The notes under the pieces: model-generated
The model's database searches: none
What the model was told of the DNA's origin: nothing
What the model saw: only the letters and a program-made list of their open reading frames with translations
Shown here: in pieces, positions 23,263 through 34,686 of the stretch
Numbering within the stretch: the first letter of the stretch is position 1
How the letters are laid out: each line of letters starts with the position of its first letter
Made by a program: the position numbers and the translations under genes
Assembly (NCBI GenBank): GCA_964106645.2
Contig: OZ067038.1
Source: Podarcis pityusensis
Taxonomy: Eukaryota
Reading direction: 5' to 3' (one strand)
DNA: 64,000 nucleotides

Positions 23263-25690
23263 TCACATGCATGCTCTATATTCAAACGGTCCCATTTATA
23301 ATTGGGGAGGAGCCCTTCAGAGATTATTTCTGAAGAGTGTAGAGTAATCCACAGATATTTGATTCAGTGCAGATGCCTGCCTACTTTAAGACATAACGTC
23401 ATTGTGGTTTAGTAAGGGAATATGGTGGCAGATAAGTTACCAGTTTTGAGAGGCTGCCATGACTTTAGAGCAAGGACAGTAAGTCTGTATCTAATTATTG
23501 AGGACAGTAAGTCTTTATCTAATTATTGATAGAGATGCCTAAGTAGAAGTTACATGGTTTTAAAGAATATTTTAAAGAATTTCGTAATTGCAGACAGCAT
23601 TGTCTAGCAGGGTGTTTGTAACTTCTGAATGTTGACAATACTAGATGCTTTCTCTCCATTCACTGCCTTACATCCTTGCCACTTATTTGCTGCTGCTGCC
23701 GACCTCCCAACTTCCCATCAGATTCTATCTTATAGGGATTGTGGGCCGCCCATTGTCAGCTGAGCTATTTAAGAATCATCTCTCATGCTTCTCTTGGGAA
23801 TTCTCTGATTACCACAGTCAGTGCCCTGGAATTAATAATGTTAAGAAGGCACATTTCCCTCTTATGAGTTTACTGACGTACCAAGTTTAAATTACAGCTT
23901 CTGTAACTTTTTGTAAGCAGGCTGAGGTCTGCTTCCCTTAGCCAGTATTTCTCCTCTATAATTTTTTGTTTCACAAAACGACCCTTTTCAATTAAATAGT
24001 TCCAGAGAGGAGATTGCAATCATTTGAAGACAAGCCATTTAAATAATTCATCCAAAACATTGAGATACTTGCATGGTTTTATCAAGGAGTTTGTTTTGTG
24101 TTTATGAGAGACAGGATACACACAGGTCCTAAATATCAGTGTCATGTACCCACATATATAGATGTTTGAAGGTTTGTATAATAGGGGCTCCACAATGGTG
24201 GAAGCTTTTTTTGGTGGGGGGGGGTAAATGTTGGATTTATTCTTATGTCCTGCTCCTTGGATATGTGTCAAAGGTTGTAGATAAGCTCCCCTTCTTTCAG
24301 GATTTAATAATCACTAAGAAAAAAATCTATTTTCCCTTTGACATGCAGTGCTTATGGTACATACTTATGGTATGAAACACCATACTTATGGTATGAAACA
24401 CTTCAGCGTGAATGTTGGCTGTGCATTGGCTGGCATGACTTGGGGAGATTATCCGTGGTGTTTTCATGTTGACTGGCTGAGGAGCAGTGTGTGTTGTGTG
24501 CGGCTTTCTAGAGATTAGGATCAGGTGATTGTGGTGGCGTTTCAGGAATGCATGAAATCAGTCTTCTGAAATGGGACACCCTGACAATTGCTTAAACAGG
24601 AGAAGCATTGGGTTGATCTTTACCCTCTTACAGCCTTTGCTGACAGGTGCTGATGGGGATTACATGCCAACTGTCCATGTGAAGGACAAATGGCATCCTG
24701 TCAGGGGTGGGTGGGTGGAAGGGAATGGAATGGCGTGTGAACGGATTTGTATGACAACTTCAAATGAGGGAAACTCCCAGAGTCCCAAATCGCCCATAGC
24801 TTGAGTGAAATACATTGACAGTGAAGATAATAGGTGAAGAGGATTCTTAGCAGCCCATGGTAGAAGGGCTGTAAGATTAATTCACGGGCCATGTGTTTGC
24901 ATAATCTTAGAGGGAACTTATCCCAAAGTGGATTAAAAATGGCATTTTTCAGGTCAAACAACTAATTGGTGGTTGGTTTCAGAGTTCTGCTACTCTTGCT
25001 CACTGTGGTAAGGAAGTAACTTGTTATATCCTGTGTCTTAGTGACATGGAACAGAGATGAGATCTATCCATCGATGTTTAGAAATGCAGGCAAAAAGTCG
25101 CTTCCCATCTGCTTTTGCTATACTGGTTCATTCATGGTCTTGCCCATATTTCTTTATATACATAACTGTAGGTTGAACTTCAGCCTAGAGGTGATGGTGT
25201 TGCTTGATGATCTCATGGTTAGAAGAAGGTAAGGTTGGCCATTGTTGAAAAGGTGTCCTTGCCCCATTAAAAATAGATGTGTTGGGGTTAGAGTCCAGAT
25301 CCAACCTTGTTCCTGCAGGTGGCTGGCTTTCCATTTCACTGGATTTGCAGAGTGCATACTTTTTTTGATCAGACAAAAAGCATCCATGTGATATGAGCCC
25401 TTCCATTCATTCAGGTCTGCAAAAGGCCTTTGTTTAGGATCCCTTTGCTACAAAGCTAGAAGGATTCAATTATCGGCCCTCCTTTACTGTGGCCTTGCAG
25501 CCTAAATAAATCCATCTCAACCATTCCCTCCAGATTTTGTAGGGAAAGATCTATTTTTATTTCACTGGCTTTCAATCAGATAAACACAGAGAGAGAGAGA
25601 AATCTGCTGCTGGGAGGAAAATCCCTAAAATTCCTTTATATAGAATTAGATATTTCTACAGCCCCATTTACTATCACATGCATGCATGCA

Positions 25691-25693
<3 letters not shown>

Positions 25694-25724
<31 letters not shown>
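25694..25724. repeat. (TG)n microsatellite
   Basis: Read directly from the sequence. Confidence 0.95.
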
Positions 25725-25726
<2 letters not shown>

Positions 25727-27191
25727 TGACTGTCTGTCTGTCTGATCAAAGACTAAATAATTTGAAAAGGTTACCCGGAGCTTCACAATCTTCTTTGAAT
25801 GTGCTTTAGTAGACAAGTCCATATTCCTCAAGGCACTTAAATTATATTAACATGAATGGACCAGTCTGAATCCCGTGAGCAGTTGCACCAAGCCAAACAA
25901 GGCATAGACTGAAGGTTATATATCACAATATTGTGCCTTTACACCAAATCTTGCATTTGATCTCAAGTGCTCCTTCCAGATGAGCCGCACCAAGGGCTTG
26001 TGCTGCTTCAAAAGTGACGGGAAGGAGGCAGCAACAACTCTTTGCGCAGCGTCCCAAAGAGTGTCCCAAGATGATCTGGCAATGCCCTGAGATGGCAGAG
26101 CCTCATATGTGGGTTAAAGCTGGCCAATGGATAGTGGTTAACCTTAGATTTTCACATATTGAATATATTTCTGCCAGAATGAACTTTCGTTTCCAGTATG
26201 GATCGGAATGTCCAACACCTTTTCATTTTAGGTATTAAATAAGACTCTGGAAATATTAATGGGGAGCAAACCTGTTGATCTGATTTCTCATCCAATATCG
26301 TCTGGGAAGGATGCCTGATAGCTGCCTTACATTTAAATCTCATCTTCAAAAGCTCCAGCAAAAAGGCCAGTACATATGTTAATACAGCCAGAAAATGTGC
26401 CAGAACCTCATATGCTGTGGTAGTACAAACATCGTCACTGTCATTAAATTATCCACCAACCGAGTATTGCACCCCTGAATGGGAAACGTGCCAGGACCTC
26501 CTGTTAGACTAATGTAAGACTTCATGCTGCAGTGTTAACCCTAGTTTTACAAGGATTTGAATCCAAAAGTGCCCTTACAAATGTGGAAAATGTTTACCCA
26601 AAGAGCTTGTGCAATCATGAGAACTGCTTTAGATCCTTAATATTAAAGCATTATGTAAACCTTTGCACAACCTCTTGTGCAAGCTTTTGTGAAACTAGCT
26701 ATTATTTGGATCCAACTCATAGTTACTGGTAGTAGTATTGTAGGGGCATCTCTACCACTCTGGGCCATCCTCTACTGTCCCCCCTAAGCCCTGGTGCCGG
26801 ACAGAGCTGTGTATGCTACATGACCTGTCCTGGACCCCCTAGATGACCTGCAGGTGCAGTGGGGGGTGCGATCCTGCCACCAGTGTTGAAATAAGATGCA
26901 ACAGCCATGCCAGTTAGCTTCCACACGTGGAACAAGGAGGGGTGCAATCTTGTTCTTTGCCTCAGGCAGCAAAATATGTTTGGCTGCCCCTGACCTAGAC
27001 GTGTTTGCACCCTAAGTCTGCAAGAATGTGGTTTTTGCGTGTGAGGTGCATTTTCTCTTCACCAGCTTAGATAGCTGAATTTAGCATGTGCAATGAGTAG
27101 CAGTAGTTGCTTTCCTATGTACCTGGTAGTTTGGGTTGTACTAAAGAGGGTCTCCATGCTAAAGTCAAGGTTTCAGTCCAGAGCAAATGCA

Positions 27192-27212
27192 TTTAGCACC
27201 ATGGATAGCAGC
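27192..27212 (+). promoter_or_regulatory. Candidate RE1/NRSE (REST-binding) site
   Basis: TTTAGCACCATGGATAGCAGC matches TTCAGCACCATGGACAGCGCC at 17/21 positions with canonical half-site spacing. Confidence 0.5.
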
Positions 27213-27280
27213 AACAATGTTCTTTTGCTCAAAAGGTGACTTCGTTGTTAAGCCATTTCCGAACTTCAGAGGAGAGGGGG

Positions 27281-28011
27281 TTGCGGGACATCCCCTCCCG
27301 CACACGCGGGGGCTGACCTTTTGCCCCTGCGAGAACAAGGGAATCCCCGGGCGTGCCTGCGACCCTGCCCGCCAATCGGCGGGCTGGGGAGGCGTGGCCT
27401 AGCCCATTTAAGGCCAGGCGCGCCCGGGGACCGCCCTCTTTGCCCCGTTGCAGCTGATTGGGTTTTCCCATCCCTCCCACCCTCTAGGTTAGCTAGCTAT
27501 GACCTTGCTATGGACTCCGGTTGGTCGCCGCAAGGGGCCTGGTAGGAATTTTTCCAACTTGGCGCACTTCCAGCCTTTTGGTTTTTTCGCCTACCTCGTA
27601 GTAAACGTCACAACTTCCTCGGTATTGGCGGTTAGGCATTGGCGGGGGTAATTGTTATGCAAATGAAGGGGGGGAAGGAAGCGCCATCACCTTCCCCCAA
27701 TGAAAAGGGTAGTCCGGTAGAGGACTCCGGGGGGCGTTGCCTTGTCCGAAACCTAGGGAGGTAAGGGCCTCCGGCACGCCCCCGAGCGGTGACACCCGTG
27801 GGATTCTAGTTGGCGTACTTCAACAGGACTCCCACGGCTTGTGGATAACCCTTCCCGGTCTCCATGCCGGGTAGTCGATAGGAGCCAATGCCTAAGGCTA
27901 ATACCTTTCAATTCCTGTAATCAATAAAGTTGTGGCCTTTTTATGCCCATTAACCTTAAATAATGTGTCCGGTGTCTTCATTTCACATGGGGGAGGGGAC
28001 TTGCCACGCAA
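27281..28011 (+). mobile_element. Young CpG-rich LTR-like solo repeat, likely from a tyrosine-recombinase (Ngaro/DIRS-type) retrotransposon
   Basis: Abrupt rise in GC and CpG content. Imperfect inverted termini TTGCG-GGACA-TCCCCTCCC / GGGAGGGGACTTGCCACGCAA and no TSD. CCAAT at 27372, a GC box, TATA-like CATTTAAG at 27405 and AATAAA at 27923. Confidence 0.6.
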
Positions 28012-28060
28012 TAAGGATTGATGTGCCTCATACAATCACTGTATTCATGGAATAAAATTA

Positions 28061-28445
28061 CTGTATTTTCCTGTGTATAACACGTCCCCGTGTATAACAC
28101 ACCCCCTATTTTGCGGGACTCCAATTTAAGAAAATGGGGGGAGATGGTCCAGAGTTGTTGAGCTTTTTTGGGGGGGGGAATGCTAAATATCACTCACCCG
28201 ACTGACAAACGCTGCCAATCGCACGCGTCGCCAAAGCCAACAGCAGCCATCAATTGGACGCAGCAGCAGCCAATCCAAGCCAGCCCTTGACGCAACCACC
28301 CACCAAATCACTGCTGATAAGCTCCTGATCACAGATGCAACCAATCGCCCATCCCCCCTCTGCACTTCCCATGTATAAGATGACCCCAGATTTTTAACAT
28401 TATTTTAGAGTTTAAAAACCTCGTCTTATACACGGAAAAGTACGG
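28061..28445. mobile_element. TcMar (Tc2/pogo-like) MITE
   Basis: TIRs CTGTATTTTCCTGTGTATAA / TTATACACGGAAAAGTACGG with TA flanks. Confidence 0.8.
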
Positions 28446-28482
28446 TATTTTTTGTTGCCATGTTCTTAAATGAGCTGACAGG

Positions 28483-28572
28483 CATAGCTGTCAACTTTTC
28501 CCTTTTCTTGCAAGGAATCCTATTCGGAATTAGGGAATTTCCCTTAAAAAGGGGGAAACGTTGACAGCTATG
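28483..28572. mobile_element. 90-bp hAT-like MITE
   Basis: TIRs CATAGCTGTCAAC / GTTGACAGCTATG. The 8-bp flanks CTGACAGG / CAGATAGG match at 6/8. Confidence 0.75.
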
Positions 28573-29229
28573 CAGATAGGACAATGCCCTAAGACTTTGA
28601 GGCTGGCTGAAAGTGTTCTAGCTTATGAAAGTGCAATAAGTCTTGCAACTGGTGTTACCTCCCTATAAGCAGGTGAATAAAAAATAGGAGCATAGTTTCA
28701 TTTTGGAGGCAGCCTCAACAGGAATAAAGAAAACACAATACGAATGACAATGGGATACTCATCATGCTGACGGAGCCTGTGAAGACATATGAGGAATGCC
28801 ATTCCTTTTCCTCTTTCACAGAGCCTTGTGTACATTCCCATTCTGAATTGAAACTTTATCTATTCCTTGTAAGCTGTAGAAAATCGGATCTGCCCATATA
28901 TGGAAAGAACTTTAAAAAACAACAACGCACACACAAGATTAGAAGAAATTATTGTCGCTAGTTCTGGTAGTTGAGATTTAAATTAACATTAGCAATATAG
29001 GTTGATTTTTGTTGGAATATGTAAATGCTTAGAGATCACTAGTAATATAAAATGGCATACAAATTAAAATAATCATAATAAAGTGAGTTGGCAGTGAATT
29101 CCCAAGGTTGAATTCTTGAAACGTAGGTAACATCTTAAAATATGCCAGGTTCAACATTTCATGATGGGTAAAATCAATATCATGAATTTTATAATTGGTG
29201 GTGGTGATGATGATGATGATGATATTTAT

Positions 29230-29263
29230 ATTTATATCCTGCCCACTCTGGGTGGCTCCCAAC

Positions 29264-29296
<33 letters not shown>

Positions 29297-29545
29297 TGAT
29301 AAAATATAAAAAATATCAAATATTAAAAACTTCCCTAATCAGGGCTGCCTTCAGATATCTTCTAAAAGTCAGATAGTTGTTTATTTCTTTGACATCCGAT
29401 GGGAGGGCGTTTCACAGGGCGGGCACCTCTACTGCCCTCTGCCTGGTTCCCTGTAACCTCACTTCTCACAGTGAGGGAACTGCGAGAAGGCTCTCAGAGC
29501 TGGACTTCAGTGTCCAGGCAGAACGATGAGGGTGGAGATGCTCCT
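29230..29545 (-). mobile_element. L2 LINE 3' fragment
   Basis: Reverse complement of the L2 at 42484-42922 (GCCCTCTGCCTGGTTCCCTGTAACCTCACTTCTC). Confidence 0.85.
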
Positions 29546-32500
29546 ATCTGTATTTTATATACCACACTTTCTATTGCAACAGAAATACACAGGGTGGCTA
29601 ACAGGGAATCGTGCTGGAAAGGTTGCTAGAATTCCTGACATATGTCAGTTGACTGGTGTAATAGTCATGATGATCAGGCCTTCCTTGTTGCATCTGGCTG
29701 CCCCTGACAGGTCAGTTATTTTGAAAGGGATGGGAAGAGGCAATTTGGAGGGGATCAGGGAGGGAGACTGGATGGAAAGGTTGGGGGAGATAAGGTGAGG
29801 TGGGCTAAGCTAGGAATTACTTTCTGGCCCACAGAATATTTTGGGGGCTCATAATGATTGTCTCATCTTTTATGCAAGCATCACTGGTACCCAAAGCTCA
29901 TTTCTGGGATCTCTATGCAAATAAAACGGGTTGCCAATATTCAGTGTGGTTAACACTGAACTTGAGCAAATAGCTTCATAGTACATGAAACCAGGGCACT
30001 GGCTTTTTCAATTCCAGTTTCTTTTCACAAAGCATCACAGTGAAATTTGCCATGTATGCCCAGATTCATTTATATTGCTGTTGACGTTCAGCTGTTGAGG
30101 TGCACATTGTGAAATCTTCTCCTTTCCTCTGCAGCCCTCCTCCAGAGGGTTGTTGAACTCTCAACTCCCATGAGCTCCAGCCAACATGTCCAATGGTTAG
30201 GGGTAATGGGAGCTGTAGTCCAGCAATGTATGGAGGGTCGTGCAATAACTGTCCTTGCTTTTAAGTTAACTGCAGTTCAGGCTTGTGTTAAACCAGGTCA
30301 TGGCTTCCTACATATTTATAGCTGTCCTCTTGCACTGTCTCCTTTACAATGTTGCAACAGACTAACAGCTACCCCTCTGAGGCGGAGCACTGTCATGAGC
30401 CCCACAATCCCGACTGACTGGAGGCTAGGATGACAATTGCTGTCAGAGGAGGAAGAAGAGGAGGGCTTGGAAGGCACTGTCAGCAGGGATGGGCTGAGGG
30501 GAAGGACTCTGGCCTTGCTCCTTCACCTTTAGATGTCAGGGAGGAGCAGTAGTCCTGCTGTCTCCCTGTCCTGCCCCATCAACAGAGTGGAGTACAGGTT
30601 CCTTAGCATTGAGGAAGGGTGTTGACCAGCTGGAGAGAGGAGGCTGGTCAGCTGGAGGGAAGGAGGAGCCAGAGGAGCTTCCACCATTAGCAACAGACAC
30701 TTGTCCCTCCAAATGCACCATATTGTAAGGTGAAAGAGTCTCCCAAGACTGCCTTTAAAAGCTGCCTGGAAGGGTGTGACCATTTGTTGAGACACCTCTG
30801 CAGCTTTTGTCTGCTGTTGGAATCTGATGCTGTTCTTGAACTCTTTAACCATGCCTTTGGAATCTGTATCCATGGCCTGACCTGTGCCATTGTAAACCTT
30901 GAATAAAGCTTTCTTACTTTTCCGTACATAAGAGCCTCTTTTCGTAGCGTTTGGGGTGGGAGCCTTGAGACAGAGGACGCTATTTTCTTTGTGTAAAACA
31001 AACTCAGCACAGCCAGTTTGATTACAGGAGAACCTCGTTTTCAATTGAAGGCATGGTGGAAAATATCAGGTAGCAGGTATGTAATTAACTGTACGTGTAG
31101 TTTAGTCATTTAAACTCCTCATCCAATATTTGCAGACAGAATATATAATCTTTGTTCCTGGGTGAAAATAGCACCTCCAGTAGTGTCATGCTTTCTGACA
31201 CAATCGCGGATGGAGGAGAAAGGGAGTAGGAGAGAGCTGTGCAAAAATAGCTATAGGCTTGCTCATATCTCAGATTTAAGCAGGGGCAAGCAAGCTGAGG
31301 ATATGGGAGGGGAATCTGTGAATCTTAAGATTGCTAACTAAAAAAACAACAACAATCGACGTGTTTATAACAAATGACTTCATGAGGTAAGGTCACACTC
31401 CCCGGAGGGTACTTCTAATTTAATTACGGGGTGTGTCTCTATCTTCTTCTGGGCAAGAGAACGGCTCAGCTTCCTTTAACCACTGCCCAGAATGCTTGTG
31501 AGACACCCTATAATTCAATTAGAAGTACCCTCCAGGGAGCATATAATTATATCCTATCAGTGAAACCTAATGACAAGCGCCTCATATCACATGGTGAGTA
31601 ACTCTATCCTGCTGCCCAGAACCTTTCACCGGTAAAGAACTAATCTGCTTAGCGCAGATTGAACTCCGTGGTGTGCAGCACTTACCCAAATGCTTCTGAA
31701 AGGAATCCCTGCCAGCGGAATAAACCTGTTAAAGGCGCGTGCTTGCCGTCCGTTGGGCTGGCCACCTCCTGGTTCCCAAGCGGCAGGGTCATTCATCTTT
31801 CAGATGTTACAGAAAACAATCTGGAGAGCGATTCTAAACTCACTGAGCTTCAGGGAAGTGGCGGGAACGCTGCTCTGGCAGTAGAGAAAGAGAAAGACTG
31901 GTGGGATGATAAGGATGCTGCCCAAAGTCCACTGGCCTGGTCATGGGAAGTTGCATGGTCATAGGTGTCCTGCCTGTGATCTTCTGCTGGCAGGGGAGAG
32001 GGAAACTGGGCATGCCAGGAGGTATGGAGGGGTGATAGGGCAGGGGTGGATATGCCACCGCCTGAACCCCTTTGCTTCTCCAATAAGTGCCAGGAACCAG
32101 TTCAACTCTCTGCCAGCCCTGGAACTGGTGTAAGGAATTCCCTCCGATTGCAAAGTGGAACATGAAGAAATTCCTCCCTCATGTCCTACCCATGTTGAAA
32201 TGGCAGAGCGTAGGATGTGGCAGTTGTTTCACCGGTGAATCTTTTCTCCCCATCACCCCACCCGGTTAATATACAGTAGGATTACATTATGGTAGCCATT
32301 GTTACATAAGATAACCAAAGATTTCCAGACACGGTAAAGGTTAAAGCTTTTGTGGATGAGTCAGAAAGCAGTGCTAAAAATGAAAACCTGACTGAAATAT
32401 CTGTTCTTTATTAGTAACTTTACTGGTGTTTATGCAACAAAAGAAGCTAAATCAGATACCAAGTATGTATTACTTGGTCTAAAAGAAAAGGGTATTGCCG

Positions 32501-33636
32501 CAGTGTTGACTACAGGGAGGAGTGGAAATGCCAACCATAGCTGAGTGTCACCTTAGCAGCTGTTGGAGGCATGTAAATATAACTTGTGCTGTAACTTGGA
32601 ACAAGAAGTTTTGATCATTCCCTTGGAGGCCAAGGTATGGTAAGAGCAAATGGAAAGGATCGCTATTGCTAGAATTTGGGATAAGCATAGAGATGTGTTA
32701 GCCTTTTCTTTCTAGCTAATACAAGTCTATACATCACAAATATTTTAGCGTGGCAGACGCACAGGTGATTTAAGTACATGGGAGAAATATGCCTTTATGT
32801 ATTTTTTTTTTTTAAAAAAAAGAACATGAAAGTATTGCATTCCAATAAATAAGAGAAATCATGCAGTCTGGAAGTCTGAGCAACAAAGAGACTGACGAAA
32901 GCATTATAACATAAATTGCCGTGGCCCAGGGTCCATTGGCCCATGGAAATTTGTGCAAGTCTTCTTGTGCCTTGAGACTGTTATTTTGCTGCAACAGACT
33001 ACCTATGTTTAGACAGATCATGAATTTAACTGCAGAGAGCTGACCAAGAGAATAGAAAGATAGCGGGACCTCTTAGAGTAAACTTAAGAACTTCTAAACA
33101 AGCTCTCTCAAGTACCTGTAATATATTGATGGGGGTTCAAGATATACTAATATATGGGAGGAATATCTAGAGCAGCTGGGTGAACTCCAGGTATTCTTGC
33201 ACGGCAACTCCCATCATCCCTGACCATTGGCTATCCTGGCTGGGACTGATGGGATTCGAGAGTCAAAAGCATCAGAGGGCACCAGGTTGGGGAAAGCTGA
33301 TCTAGCAGTTCATAATCCCAGTATCTCAATGGTTGCATTTTTTGTTGTATCTCTAAATGCAGCAGTGCTTGGACATTTTTTTTTTTAAAAAAAGGATTTG
33401 TACCAGTGGCATTATACATGTGCAAGAAAATTAAAAAGAAGTTTGGAAATACATCAGAAGAATATTGAAGGGTAAAAAGATCAACCAGACTATATGAATA
33501 AATATACTGTATAAAGATATGGCAATTTTGGAAAGCTGCTAAGGATCATTTATTGTTTTATTGAGCTTGATGAAATACAGTATTAGCCCTGAACGCTGAG
33601 AGTTGATAGGTAATTTATTGGTAGCAACAAGGATGG

Positions 33637-33637
<1 letters not shown>

Positions 33638-33666
<29 letters not shown>
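33638..33666. repeat. (TG)n microsatellite
   Basis: Read directly from the sequence. Confidence 0.95.
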
Positions 33667-33668
<2 letters not shown>

Positions 33669-34177
33669 GTAAAAATAAAATTCAGTTTTGTGGCTGGAAG
33701 GAGAAATCTAATAAACTTACAGAATATAAATAGTTGAAGGCAATGTGGAAGAAGTTGTGTTGCATTATTGGAACAGATTGGAACTCATTTATTACATTTT
33801 ACGTTTGACTTTTATTTGTACATTTTAATGAAAAAGAATGAAACTATAATACACGCACACACCAGCACCTTGATCTGTGCCAGACGGAAACAAGGGACCA
33901 GTTCAGATGCTGAACTTGGGATGAATGTGTTTCCAGTGGCCTACCCTATCGGAAGACGGGCTGCTGCTTTCTGCACAGGGGGAGACCTTAAAATTCTCAT
34001 CAAGGGCAGCCCCATATTCAACACGTTACTGTAGTCTACTACAAAGGCATGAAAGAGATTTGCTAGGTCTGCCCCAGACAACGCAGTTGCGGCCTTCTTG
34101 CTGGATTGAGTTGGCAGAGAGAGCTCCTGGCCTCTGCAACAGCCTGGGCTTCCAGGGATAGAAAGAAATCCATGGAT

Positions 34178-34686
34178 CCAGAGGCATTTTTGTTAGGCAT
34201 TTTAGGTACAGAGATTCTGAGGGAGCAGAAATTATTATTCATGTACGCGACGACAGCAGCAAGGATACTGTTGACCCAGAGATGGAAAGAAAACAAAGTT
34301 CCAACCAGAGAGGAATGGCTGATGAAGATGATGGACTATGCCGAAATGGCGAGACTGACTAGAAAAATCAGAAACCAGGAAGAATTTTAAGAAGGAATGG
34401 GAGAAAATTATAATGTATTTAAGAGAACACTGTAAACAACTAAAAACTTTGGCAGGATTTGAGTAATGCTTGTAATGTATGAAAAACTATGGAAAATGGA
34501 CTATTAAAAAAAAAACAAATCGGAGAAAATAAGATAAACAGATGGAAAAAGAATGGCAATGGTAACCACGGAAGGGCGGAGGGAAGTCAAGGAATTCAGA
34601 GAATCCTAAATGAGGAGGTGAATGATGTGTTTGAATTAAAATTTGTTATGTAAAAATTAATAAAAAATACATTTAAAAAAAGAAGA
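34178..34686 (+). mobile_element. 5'-truncated L1-clade LINE 3' end
   Basis: The ORF2 C-terminus PEAFLLGI...FMYATTAARILL...EEWLMKMMDYAEMA is homologous to the 586-aa ORF. AATAAA plus an A-rich tail. An 18-bp TSD AGAAAGAAATCCATGGAT at 34160-34177 and 34687-34704. Confidence 0.92.

Noticed and set aside
23474-23529. Short tandem duplications (also ~4509, ~13971, ~15456, ~24360)
   Set aside because: Ordinary two-copy slippage duplications.
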